The notes beneath the pieces were generated by a model. The model ran no database searches and was not told the origin of the DNA. It saw nothing but the letters and a program-made list of their open reading frames with translations. From positions 1-61,232 of the forward strand of contig JAZSDM010000007.1 in assembly GCA_045531145.1 (NCBI GenBank): a stretch of DNA of 61,232 nt, given 5' to 3'. Made by a program: the position numbers and the translations under genes. Positions within the stretch are counted from its first letter, which is position 1. Each line of letters begins with the position of its first letter. Of this stretch, positions 37,533-47,375 are shown one piece after another. This DNA is from Acutalibacteraceae bacterium (GTDB taxonomy: Bacteria > Bacillota > Clostridia > Oscillospirales > Acutalibacteraceae).

Positions 37533-38777
37533 TTATGATGCTTCTTTTAATTTTTGTTCAGCAACACTTTGCGCGGTTTCCAGCATATTTTCGGCGAAGA
37601 TGCCGTAGCCTTTTGTCGGGTCATCAACGAGAACATGGGTTACAGCGCCGATTAATTTACCGTTTTGGATAATCGGGCTGCCTGACATACCTTGCACGAT
37701 ACCGCCGGTTAAAGATAAAAGGCGTTCGTCTGTTATTGTTACTAAAATATTTTGCGTTTTGGAATGGTAATTTGCGGTTCGGATTTTAATTTCACAAGAA
37801 TATACTTTAGGCTCGCTGCCGTCAACTGTGGAAATTATTTGCGCTTCACCGTCTTTAATTTCCTGTTTTAAAGCGATTTCGGTTAATTTTTGAAAAGCCA
37901 AATCACCGCTCAGGCGTGAGTAAATACCGATTTCACTGTTTAAACTGATATCACCGAGTGTCTTGTAATTTAGTTTACCCGTTAGTTTACCTGGGCTACC
38001 TACTTCACCTTTTTCAACCGATAAAATCTCTGCCGAAACTATTTGCCCCGAATTGATTTTCAGCAATTCTTCGGTATCACTGTCACACACACCGTGCCCT
38101 AAACCGCATATAACACCGCTTGCAGGGCTGTAAAATGTCAGAATACCTATCCCTGCTGAACTGTCCTTAACCCAGATACCGATTTTATAAGTCCCGGTTT
38201 CTGCCGATTTTACAGCACAAAATGAAAAATGAATTTTTGTACTGTCACGCAAAACTTCAAACTTCATATTTTTACCGTTTGAATTTTCTACAATTTTTAC
38301 TAAGTCTTCGTTTGTATAAACTTTTTGTCCGTCAACCGATACAATATAGTCGCCCGTTTTTATACCCGCAGTTTTTGCAGGGTTTTTGTTACCGCTTTGG
38401 GTAGCAACATCTGTAATTTCTGTCACAAGGACACCTTCGGTGTAAATTTTCATACCAAACGGACTGCCGAGAACTGCTACATGCAATTCGTCAACAACCT
38501 CAACGCTGACCTGTGTAATTGGTATTATACCAAATGCTTTAAGGTCAACAGAAAATTCTTCACCAACGCTTTTTGAGTTGCTTATTTGTGAAAGCTTTGC
38601 ACCGTTATAAACTGCAGTTACGGGCACAAATGACGAAATTTTAAGTGTTTCGCCTTTTTTGATTTTAAAATCGTCACTTAAATTGATATTAAGATAAATT
38701 ACCGCAGAAAATACTGTCATACAAAACAGTGTGAATATTAAAAATAATGTTTTTGTTAATATGCGAGCAAATTTCAA
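37533..38777 (-). CDS. spoIVB: SpoIVB peptidase (S55 family sporulation signalling protease)
   Basis: N-terminal TM, PDZ region, peptidase domain with [20 protein letters not shown]. Likely TTG start at 38777 after GGGAAGTGA; the track ORF extends to 38834. Confidence 0.9.
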   Translation of the reverse strand: MKFARILTKTLFLIFTLFCMTVFSAVIYLNINLSDDFKIKKGETLKISSFVPVTAVYNGAKLSQISNSKSVGEEFSVDLKAFGIIPITQVSVEVVDELHVAVLGSPFGMKIYTEGVLVTEITDVATQSGNKNPAKTAGIKTGDYIVSVDGQKVYTNEDLVKIVENSNGKNMKFEVLRDSTKIHFSFCAVKSAETGTYKIGIWVKDSSAGIGILTFYSPASGVICGLGHGVCDSDTEELLKINSGQIVSAEILSVEKGEVGSPGKLTGKLNYKTLGDISLNSEIGIYSRLSGDLAFQKLTEIALKQEIKDGEAQIISTVDGSEPKVYSCEIKIRTANYHSKTQNILVTITDERLLSLTGGIVQGMSGSPIIQNGKLIGAVTHVLVDDPTKGYGIFAENMLETAQSVAEQKLKEAS

Positions 38778-38835
38778 AAAAATCACTTCCCATCTTATAT
38801 TTTGCACAGAAAATGATTTTTTTATAAAAAACAAA

Positions 38836-38860
38836 AATAACCGCTTTTGGCGGTTATTTT
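38836..38860 (-). terminator. rho-independent terminator between ylmC-like gene and spoIVB
   Basis: Minus strand: AAATAACCGCC-AAAA-GCGGTTATTT followed by TTGTTTTTT. Overlaps the ylmC-like stop codon. Confidence 0.7.
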
Positions 38861-39117
38861 CTTAAATTTTCACAAAAATTTGAATTATTTTTTACAAGTA
38901 CCGTCTCTTCGCCGATAACTTCAATATCAGACCACGGAATAACAATATCCTCGTATTTACCGAAAAGCCCTAAAAATTTAGGTCTGCCGAAAATTATAAT
39001 CGAATCAAGATTGCCTTTTGAAGTATCAATTTCAACATCTGAAACATATCCTAAAATTTCACCGCTTCTAACACAAACTACCTGCTTGTTTCGAAGGTCT
39101 GCAATTCTACAAGTCAC
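38854..39117 (-). CDS. YlmC/YmxH-family PRC-barrel sporulation protein
   Basis: CRIADLRNKQVVCVRSGEILGYVSDVEID matches the YlmC/YmxH pattern. Probable GTG start at 39117 after GGAGTGA. Confidence 0.8.
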   Translation of the reverse strand: MTCRIADLRNKQVVCVRSGEILGYVSDVEIDTSKGNLDSIIIFGRPKFLGLFGKYEDIVIPWSDIEVIGEETVLVKNNSNFCENLRK

Positions 39118-39172
39118 AAAAATCACTCCATAATATGTTATATGGAATTATATGCTGTGAAATTTTAAAAAA

Positions 39173-40030
39173 TCAATCTTCAAAAATTACGTCGGATTCT
39201 TCTTCCTCTTCTTCGGTTTTGCCGTCAACGTTTTCAGTTTTTGCTTTCTTTTTGGTTTCAACTTCCAAACCTAAACTACGGCGTTTTTCAATATCCAAAT
39301 CGGGATGTTCCTTGTAATAAGGGTCAATAATATATTTCTTAATTGACGGGAATGTGCAATACTGAATCAAAAGAGCATTAAAGCCAGGATAGAGCAAAAC
39401 AAAAAGTAAAAGTTCAATTAAAAACGCAAAGAACCAATAATTTTGCACCAAGAAAAGTATTGCAATATTAAGCGCAAAAACCAAAACATTCACGAGAACA
39501 CACAGCAAATTATATTTTAAATTTATAAAGACAAATTTAAAACTGTTTTTATAAGCCTGTTTCAAGGTGAAATCAAAGGTAATAATAAGTGTCCAAAGGA
39601 AAAAGTTCATTATAGAGAATACAAATAAAATTGCAAAAATAATACCTAAGCCAATTGTGGCAAATTTACCTTCGCTATTATTGAAAAACCAAATATCAAA
39701 AAACAAAAAGGCGAAAATAACGGTATTAATTATTCCCGCAATCAGCGACTGTTTGAAGTTTTTCTTAATTGTTTCAAAAAAATCACTAAGCCCGAATGAA
39801 TGCTTGTCCCTTGCGGTATTTCTTGCAACATTGGTTAAACCAACGTTAGCAAGGCCGTTTGTAACAAGCGGAGCGCAAAGTAATATGTAAACAAGATTAA
39901 TGGGCATAAATTTCCAGAAATTTCTGAAAAAAGTTTCAAAAAACACGATAAATGTTTTCTTTTTAGGTCCGTTTTTAGAAATACCGGGACCCTCTTTGTC
40001 ATAATTGAATAAACCGAAAAAGCCAGCCAT
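39173..40030 (-). CDS. YesL-family (DUF624) membrane protein with acidic C-terminal tail
   Basis: MAGFFGLFNYDK...FFRNFWKFMPINLVY N-terminus, 5-6 TM helices, tail TEEEEEESDVIFED. Confidence 0.75.
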   Translation of the reverse strand: MAGFFGLFNYDKEGPGISKNGPKKKTFIVFFETFFRNFWKFMPINLVYILLCAPLVTNGLANVGLTNVARNTARDKHSFGLSDFFETIKKNFKQSLIAGIINTVIFAFLFFDIWFFNNSEGKFATIGLGIIFAILFVFSIMNFFLWTLIITFDFTLKQAYKNSFKFVFINLKYNLLCVLVNVLVFALNIAILFLVQNYWFFAFLIELLLFVLLYPGFNALLIQYCTFPSIKKYIIDPYYKEHPDLDIEKRRSLGLEVETKKKAKTENVDGKTEEEEEESDVIFED

Positions 40031-40051
40031 ATTTTACTCCGTTTCTGAATA

Positions 40052-40774
40052 TTAATTCTTTTTATAGATAAATCTTTCACTTAATGAGAATGAATTATAA
40101 CCCAAAATATATGAAATTCCGCATACTATCGGTACTATTGTAAGAAGTAACAGCACAATTAAAATCTGCCATATCGCAAGTGCACCAAAGGTTGTAGCAT
40201 TACCGGCGATCAAGTAAATAAAGTCATACAAGTAGGTATTAAAAAGTGCGTAAAGCAGTAGTGAAAAAGATTTAGCAGCACCTGATTTTAAGAGAGTTAA
40301 AACAAGTAAAAGCAAAACCGCGGGAACAGATGCAGTAATACCAATAATAAAGCCTTTTGATTTTTGCTCGGTTTGTCCTTTATACTTAACTGCTGTTCTG
40401 TCCTTGTCACCGTATTTCCACATTTCACTGTAGGTTATTGTAACAACCATAATCAAGCAAATGATACCCGCAATGCTTTTTGAAACAACATCAGTAGTTT
40501 TGCTTGGATTTGAACGTATTGAAGGCGTGGTGATGGTATAACCCTTATCTTCATATTCCTGTTTTTTAGTATCTTTACCGTCAGCAAAGTAATGGGTATA
40601 AAGTTCCACCTGTTCGGGATTTTCCTCAGTTGAGCCATATGCGGTATAGCCTATTTCCTCAGTAAAGCCAACCACAGTGATGACATTAAAGGAAATTATT
40701 AAAAAGAATGACATCAAATTTGCAATTAACAATAGATAAAAAATTTTCAAACCTTTTTTCAAAACATCTTTCAT
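40052..40774 (-). CDS. hypothetical polytopic membrane protein
   Basis: Several long hydrophobic helices. Probable start at the internal Met (MKDVLKKGLK); the track ORF extends to 40855. Confidence 0.6.
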   Translation of the reverse strand: MKDVLKKGLKIFYLLLIANLMSFFLIISFNVITVVGFTEEIGYTAYGSTEENPEQVELYTHYFADGKDTKKQEYEDKGYTITTPSIRSNPSKTTDVVSKSIAGIICLIMVVTITYSEMWKYGDKDRTAVKYKGQTEQKSKGFIIGITASVPAVLLLLVLTLLKSGAAKSFSLLLYALFNTYLYDFIYLIAGNATTFGALAIWQILIVLLLLTIVPIVCGISYILGYNSFSLSERFIYKKN

Positions 40775-40870
40775 ATAAACACCTACACAATTAATATGAA
40801 AATTATTATATTCCAAAAATAAAATAAATGCAAGAAAAATAACGAATTCTTGCATTTATTCATAAATAAT

Positions 40871-41143
40871 TTACAAAATTAAAATCGCAGCAAACGTTAA
40901 CAGTGAAAGTATACCTAAACATAAAAGGCAAATGTTCATAATTTTTCTATGTCTGTGAAACTTACGTAACGGTTTTTTATAAAGCGAATCATTGTATTTA
41001 AAAGCAAAATCCGCAGCGGCTCTTTTTAAATGTTTTGCGTTTAAATTGCCGTATTCCGGTGTTACATAAAAAACAATTTTTTCAAAAAAACGGCTGCCTG
41101 TATTATTAACCTCTATTATAGTTTTGCTTACACCTTTTACCAT
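40871..41143 (-). CDS. hypothetical small protein with C-terminal TM anchor
   Basis: 90 aa; basic stretch RKFHRHRK then ICLLCLGILSLLTFAAILIL. Confidence 0.55.
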   Translation of the reverse strand: MVKGVSKTIIEVNNTGSRFFEKIVFYVTPEYGNLNAKHLKRAAADFAFKYNDSLYKKPLRKFHRHRKIMNICLLCLGILSLLTFAAILIL

Positions 41144-41306
41144 AAATTTACCTCGTTTACTATGTTTGGTAATAGTTTTAGCAAATATTAGATTTTTTAT
41201 TCGAGTTTACATAAAAAAGTGGATAACTGGGTGGAAAAGTGGAAAAACTCGCTTAAAATGGGAGAAAGTTATTAACATTCGATAAAATTCGACGTATTAT
41301 GTAAAG

Positions 41307-42005
41307 TTATTCTTCGGTATAACTTCTGCCGTTTAAAAAAGCAATTGTACGTTCAACAGAATCTTTACTTGTACCCCAATCGGCAGATTTTCCGCCGCCT
41401 GAACGATAATCGTACATAGAACAGTATTTTTTTAAATCGTTATGTAATTCGGTAACATAATTGCCTGTTATTCTGCTTAAATTTTGATTAAACTCACCGC
41501 TGTATTTTTTAAGAATCTTCTTCGAAGGTGAATTCATTAATAATTCATAATGGTGCATACAAAACATAGGCTGATTATTAAACATTTCCCTGAATTCTTT
41601 ATCATCTTCATAGCAACGGAAAATTGTTTCAATCATACGTGAAAATCCCCACTCTATTTTTTCACAAATAAAACACGATTCTGATAATTTTCGAGCACTG
41701 TCACCTTTTTTAGCAGGCGGATTAAATAGTTTCTTATCAAAAATCTTTTTATTTATTTCATTAACATGGGATTCAAGCATTAAAGCCAATTGAAGCCTGC
41801 CTCTTGAATTAAACATCATATCATAATGGCGTTCGCAAAAGCCTAAACGGTTGGTTTCAATTCGAATATCGGGTTCCATCATAGCAGCCCCCATAATATA
41901 TTCAACAATTCTTTTTTCAACCGTTTCCCTCATTCTGCAAATGGGGCAACCGTCATTAACCTCAAAAACTTCACTAATTGGTATTGTGCAAATATCCTGT
42001 CTCAT
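41307..42005 (-). CDS. hypothetical Cys/His-rich protein (DUF6062-like)
   Basis: Two repeats of CxxC...C/H pairs (CPICR...CERH; CFICEK...CMHH). The family name is recalled from memory only. Confidence 0.6.
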   Translation of the reverse strand: MRQDICTIPISEVFEVNDGCPICRMRETVEKRIVEYIMGAAMMEPDIRIETNRLGFCERHYDMMFNSRGRLQLALMLESHVNEINKKIFDKKLFNPPAKKGDSARKLSESCFICEKIEWGFSRMIETIFRCYEDDKEFREMFNNQPMFCMHHYELLMNSPSKKILKKYSGEFNQNLSRITGNYVTELHNDLKKYCSMYDYRSGGGKSADWGTSKDSVERTIAFLNGRSYTEE

Positions 42006-42026
42006 AATTTACCTCTTAACTTTTTG

Positions 42027-42055
42027 TTGATATTATACCATAAAATTTGTATAAT
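42027..42055 (+). promoter_or_regulatory. sigma-A-type promoter for ogg
   Basis: TTGATA (42027-42032), 17 nt, TATAAT (42050-42055) preceded by TG. Confidence 0.5.
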
Positions 42056-42076
42056 GCAAATATCGGAGTGATTAAT

Positions 42077-42904
42077 TTGAAGGCAAAATTTATAAATAAT
42101 AATGTTTACATATATGGTATAGAAGAATTTGACCTACCGCATACACTTGACTGCGGTCAGGCTTTCCGATGGGAATGCGACCAAAACGGTGTTTGGAGCG
42201 GTGTTGCTTTTAATAAATTTTTACAGCTTAAAAAATTGGCAGACGGTACGGTTGTGCTTTATAACACAAGTAATGATGACTTTGAAAATATATGGAAAGA
42301 TTACTTTGATTTAGACCGTGATTACAACGAAATTATAACCCAACTAAGTGCAAATGAAACTCTTAAAAAGGCTTGCGAATATTCTTTCGGTATCCGCATT
42401 TTGAACCAAGAACCGTTTGAAACGCTTTGCTCTTTTATTATTTCGCAAAACAACAATATAAAGCGAATCAAAGGTATTATTACGAGGCTTTGCGAAAATT
42501 TTGGCGAGGAGAGAGATGGATATTACACCTTCCCTACCGCCGAAAATTTGGCAAGTTTAACACTTGATGATTTGGCGGTTTTGCGAAGCGGATTTCGGGC
42601 AAAATACTTGCTTGACGCCGCACAAAAGGTTGTTAGCGGTGAAGTGAAATTGTATGGACTTAAAGATATGTCTTTAGATGACGCAAGAAACGAATTAATG
42701 AAAATTAAGGGTGTTGGTCCAAAAGTTGCAGACTGTTGTTTGCTCTTTTCCCACCGTCATACCGAAGCATTTCCAAAAGATGTTTGGATAAAACGCGCTA
42801 TGGATATTTTATTTAACGGTGAACTGCCCGAATGCGCAAAGAAATATGCAGGAATTGCCCAACAGTATATCTTTTTCTACGCAAGAGATACAAAAATTGG
42901 TTGA
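42077..42904 (+). CDS. ogg: 8-oxoguanine DNA glycosylase / AP lyase (HhH-GPD superfamily)
   Basis: HhH-GPD motif IKGVGPKVADCCLLF with catalytic Lys/Asp context. TTG start at 42077, 8 nt after GGAG. Confidence 0.85.
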   Translation: MKAKFINNNVYIYGIEEFDLPHTLDCGQAFRWECDQNGVWSGVAFNKFLQLKKLADGTVVLYNTSNDDFENIWKDYFDLDRDYNEIITQLSANETLKKACEYSFGIRILNQEPFETLCSFIISQNNNIKRIKGIITRLCENFGEERDGYYTFPTAENLASLTLDDLAVLRSGFRAKYLLDAAQKVVSGEVKLYGLKDMSLDDARNELMKIKGVGPKVADCCLLFSHRHTEAFPKDVWIKRAMDILFNGELPECAKKYAGIAQQYIFFYARDTKIG

Positions 42905-42928
42905 CAAACCAAAAATTATATATATAAT
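42901..42928 (+). promoter_or_regulatory. promoter of the THF riboswitch/folT unit
   Basis: TTGACA (42901-42906, overlapping the ogg stop), 16 nt, TATAAT (42923-42928). Confidence 0.55.
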
Positions 42929-42938
42929 TAAAACCAAT

Positions 42939-43090
42939 GCAGAGTAGAATACCGAGCGTTAAGTGCTGTACGGACGGGGAGTTGCTGTACGGACGAAGAT
43001 TTTCGCGGTTCGGTTTTCGCATCCCGCTGCCGTGTAATATCTGGTTATTTGTTTGCCTCCTATTATTCGGAAAAACGGGTAATAGGAGGT
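42939..43090 (+). promoter_or_regulatory. THF (tetrahydrofolate) riboswitch with SD-sequestering / terminator hairpin
   Basis: GCAGAGUAG...CGAGCGUUAAGUGC...GGGGAGUUGC...ACGAAG...GCAUCCCGCUGC matches the THF-I aptamer pattern. Hairpin CCTCCTATTATTC/GGGTAATAGGAGG (43056-43089) covers the AGGAGG of folT. Confidence 0.8.
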
Positions 43091-43097
43091 TTATTTT

Positions 43098-43628
43098 ATG
43101 AGAAAAAACAAATTATTTAAAATTATCTTAACTGCTCTATTGATTGCAATTAATATAATTCTAGAACGCTTTGTTCCAACCTATTCTGTTTGGAATAACA
43201 ACATAAGTTTTGGTTTTGTTGCAGTTGCTTTTGCCGCTTGTTATTTAGGCGTACCTTATGCTGTGGCAGTTGGTGGTTTCGGTGATTTAATTGGTGCGTT
43301 AATTAAACCGTTTGGACCGTATTTTCCGGGTTACACAATTACAAATATGCTTGTTGGACTTTGCCTTGGTATTTTCCTATACAAAAAAGCAACTGTTTTG
43401 AGGATTTCAATTGCAGTTATAATAAATAAAATTGTTTGCTCGTTAGCGCTAAATACCATTTTTATTTCTGTTCTTTATAAAGGCGGAATCACGGCTTTCT
43501 GGGTGGTTTTTGTAAGCCGTATACCTTTTGTTCTGCTTATGACAGTTATTGAAATTTTAGTTATTAGCATTTTATTTACCAAAAAAAGTAAATTTAATCA
43601 TTTGATTATTAAAAATTTACCGAATTAA
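43098..43628 (+). CDS. folT: folate-family ECF transporter S component
   Basis: 176 aa, 5-6 TM helices, FolT-like N-terminus (LTALLIAINIILERF). Directly behind a THF riboswitch. Confidence 0.85.
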   Translation: MRKNKLFKIILTALLIAINIILERFVPTYSVWNNNISFGFVAVAFAACYLGVPYAVAVGGFGDLIGALIKPFGPYFPGYTITNMLVGLCLGIFLYKKATVLRISIAVIINKIVCSLALNTIFISVLYKGGITAFWVVFVSRIPFVLLMTVIEILVISILFTKKSKFNHLIIKNLPN

Positions 43629-43641
43629 AGGAGGCGGCGTT

Positions 43642-43821
43642 ATGTCAAAAGAAAAGAGATTTATAAAAACATATTCGCAAGGTTGCGGAACAAATGAAAT
43701 TTGGGTTGATACAAAAACTGGTGTTAATTATTTTTATCATAATAGCGGTTATTCGGGCGGTCTTACTCCCCTTTTAGATTCTCAAGGAAAACCAATTATA
43801 ACACCAATTACACAAGAATAA
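43642..43821 (+). CDS. small conserved protein (59 aa, DUF6440-like), not in the supplied ORF track
   Basis: AGGAGG 6 nt upstream of the ATG. Translation: MSKEKRFIKTYSQGCGTNEIWVDTKTGVNYFYHNSGYSGGLTPLLDSQGKPIITPITQE. The GGLTPLLD motif is recalled from a Firmicutes small-protein family. Confidence 0.6.
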   Translation: MSKEKRFIKTYSQGCGTNEIWVDTKTGVNYFYHNSGYSGGLTPLLDSQGKPIITPITQE

Positions 43822-43883
43822 TTTACATCCGTTCGCCAAAGCGAACACCTTAACTTTTCACTATTCATTATTCACTATTCACT

Positions 43884-43915
43884 AAAAAAAGTCCCGTTTT
43901 CACGGGACTTTTTTT
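43884..43915. terminator. bidirectional terminator (folT unit / groESL)
   Basis: AAAAAAAGTCCCG-TTTT-CACGGGACTTTTTTT. Confidence 0.85.
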
Positions 43916-43917
43916 CA

Positions 43918-45853
<1,936 letters not shown>

Positions 45854-45887
45854 ATTATATGCCTCCTAAAAAATAATCTTTATAAAT

Positions 45888-45915
45888 ATTTTAAGCAATA
45901 AAAAGTAAAAGTCAA
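45888..45915 (-). promoter_or_regulatory. candidate groESL promoter
   Basis: Minus strand: TTGACT (45910-45915), 16 nt, TAAAAT (45888-45893). Confidence 0.4.
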
Positions 45916-45998
45916 GTTTTTTGGTAACTTTTTAATAATTTATTAAATTTTGTACAAAAAAATTCTTAAATTTTCAAGATAATTTTATACTTGTTTTA

Positions 45999-46027
45999 TT
46001 GACAAAATTTTTACGTTATGTTATAAT
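45999..46027 (+). promoter_or_regulatory. pur operon promoter
   Basis: TTGACA (45999-46004), 17 nt, TGT-TATAAT (46022-46027). Confidence 0.65.
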
Positions 46028-46036
46028 TTCTTTGTT

Positions 46037-46160
46037 CTCTGATGCTGACGGAAAAGTGATAAATTTCACCAAGTGGAGCACCACATGAATCAGGGAATAT
46101 ATTTTGCCGACCGTCTGGGCGCTCTTATTCCACAAGGATTAAGTGCGCCCTTATTTTTTT
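46037..46160 (+). promoter_or_regulatory. ZTP (pfl-motif) riboswitch with intrinsic terminator
   Basis: CUGAUGCUGACGGAA...GUGGAGCACCACAUGAAUCAG...GCCGACCGUCUGGGCG closely parallels the Fusobacterium ulcerans ZTP aptamer. The 3' GGGCGC is shared with the terminator stem (46117-46150) plus a T run. Confidence 0.8.
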
Positions 46161-46172
46161 GGAGGTTTTATT

Positions 46173-46664
46173 ATGAAAAAAATCGGTATTATTATGGGGA
46201 GCGACAGCGATTTACCAACCGTACAAAAAGCGGTTGATACCTTAAAATCCTTTGATGTCCCCTATGAAGTTCACGTTTTTTCTGCCCACAGAACTCCGCT
46301 TGAAGCTAAAGAGTTCAGCGTAAACGCGCGTAAAAACGGTTTTGGCGCAATTATTGCCGCCGCTGGTATGGCTGCACACCTTGCAGGTGCTATTGCTGCG
46401 AATACCACTCTTCCGGTCATCGGAATTCCTATTAAATCCGGTCATTTAAACGGTATTGATGCGTTACTTTCAACAGTACAAATGCCTTCAGGTATACCTG
46501 TTGCTACTGTTGCAATTGACGGCGCTGTCAATGCCGCTTTATTATGCATACAAATTCTCGCTGTAGAAGATACTAATTTAGCAAACCGCCTTGACGCTAA
46601 GCGCAAAGCAGACGCCGAAAAGGTTTTAGAAAAAAACAGTGCTATTGAAGCACAGTTTAATTAA
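46173..46664 (+). CDS. purE: 5-(carboxyamino)imidazole ribonucleotide mutase / AIR carboxylase
   Basis: [13 protein letters not shown] start, SAHRTP and [10 protein letters not shown] motifs. ATG at 46173 after GGAGG. Confidence 0.93.
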   Translation: MKKIGIIMGSDSDLPTVQKAVDTLKSFDVPYEVHVFSAHRTPLEAKEFSVNARKNGFGAIIAAAGMAAHLAGAIAANTTLPVIGIPIKSGHLNGIDALLSTVQMPSGIPVATVAIDGAVNAALLCIQILAVEDTNLANRLDAKRKADAEKVLEKNSAIEAQFN

Positions 46665-46678
46665 TGGAGGAAATCATT

Positions 46679-47365
46679 ATGGAAAAGAAACTAATCTACA
46701 CAGGTAAAACAAAGAATGTTTACTCACTTGAAAACGGCAATTGCTTGCTTAAATTCAAAGATGATTGCACCGGTAAAGACGGTGTATTTGATCCGGGTGA
46801 AAACTCTGTAGGTCTTACTATTGAAGGTGTTGGCGACGTAAACCTTCGTATGTCTATTTATTTCTTCGAAAAAATCAATGCCGCAGGAATCAAAACCCAC
46901 TATGTAAGTGCTGATTTGAACGACACTACTATGGAAGTTCTTCCTGCTAAAGTTTTTGGCCACGGTCTTGAAGTTATCTGCCGCTATAAAGCAGTTGGAA
47001 GCTTTATCCGCCGCTATGGTGACTATATTGAAGACGGTGCAGATCTCCCCGCTTATGTTGAAATGACCTTCAAGAACGACGAAAAGGGCGATCCGCTTGT
47101 AATTAAGGATGCTCTTGTAGCACTTGGTGTTATGACCGATAAACAGTATGAAGATATTAAGGTTATGACTCAACAGATTACAAAAATCGTTGCTGATGAC
47201 CTTAAAGATAAAGGCCTTGACCTTTATGATATTAAATTTGAGTTCGGTTACGATCCTGATGGCAATGTTATGCTTATTGACGAGATAGCATCAGGTAATA
47301 TGCGTGTTTATAAGGACGGTAAATACATCGATCCTATGACACTTTCTAAATTGTTTTTCGCTTAA
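46679..47365 (+). CDS. purC: SAICAR synthase
   Basis: [12 protein letters not shown]-terminal motif. ATG at 46679, 7 nt after GGAGG. Confidence 0.92.
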   Translation: MEKKLIYTGKTKNVYSLENGNCLLKFKDDCTGKDGVFDPGENSVGLTIEGVGDVNLRMSIYFFEKINAAGIKTHYVSADLNDTTMEVLPAKVFGHGLEVICRYKAVGSFIRRYGDYIEDGADLPAYVEMTFKNDEKGDPLVIKDALVALGVMTDKQYEDIKVMTQQITKIVADDLKDKGLDLYDIKFEFGYDPDGNVMLIDEIASGNMRVYKDGKYIDPMTLSKLFFA

Positions 47366-47375
47366 GGAGTAAATA

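Larger units (their letters stand above)
34414..37687. mobile_element. putative integrated cargo island A (two zinc-ribbon membrane proteins), no recombinase; supplies the current spoIVB 3' end
   Basis: Runs from the end module next to fragment 2 to the similarity breakpoint inside intact spoIVB (37687/37688). Confidence 0.5.

Noticed and set aside
28757-37687. Integrase, serine recombinase, transposase or relaxase genes inside the islands
   Set aside because: All ORFs above 60 aa on both strands were inspected. None shows R..H..R..Y, resolvase S-R, DDE or HUH signatures. Decayed fragments below my detection limit cannot be excluded.
41144-41306. Spo0A-box-like heptamers and TTTCCAC repeats
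   Set aside because: The matches are 5-6 of 7 positions in AT-rich sequence and could easily arise by chance. They are mentioned only as a caveat in the cluster finding.
42813-43022. 69-aa minus-strand ORF
   Set aside because: It overlaps the ogg 3' end and the THF riboswitch aptamer, and the RNA element explains the conservation-like GC content.
46143-46172. N-terminal extension of purE from the GTG at 46143 (and similar track extensions for rbr, hisF, hisB, purC, purM, the AraC gene, the activase, the hydrolase and the beta-CASP gene)
   Set aside because: The extensions overlap terminators, riboswitch stems or upstream genes and lack an RBS. Internal ATG/TTG/GTG codons with good Shine-Dalgarno spacing give canonical N-termini.
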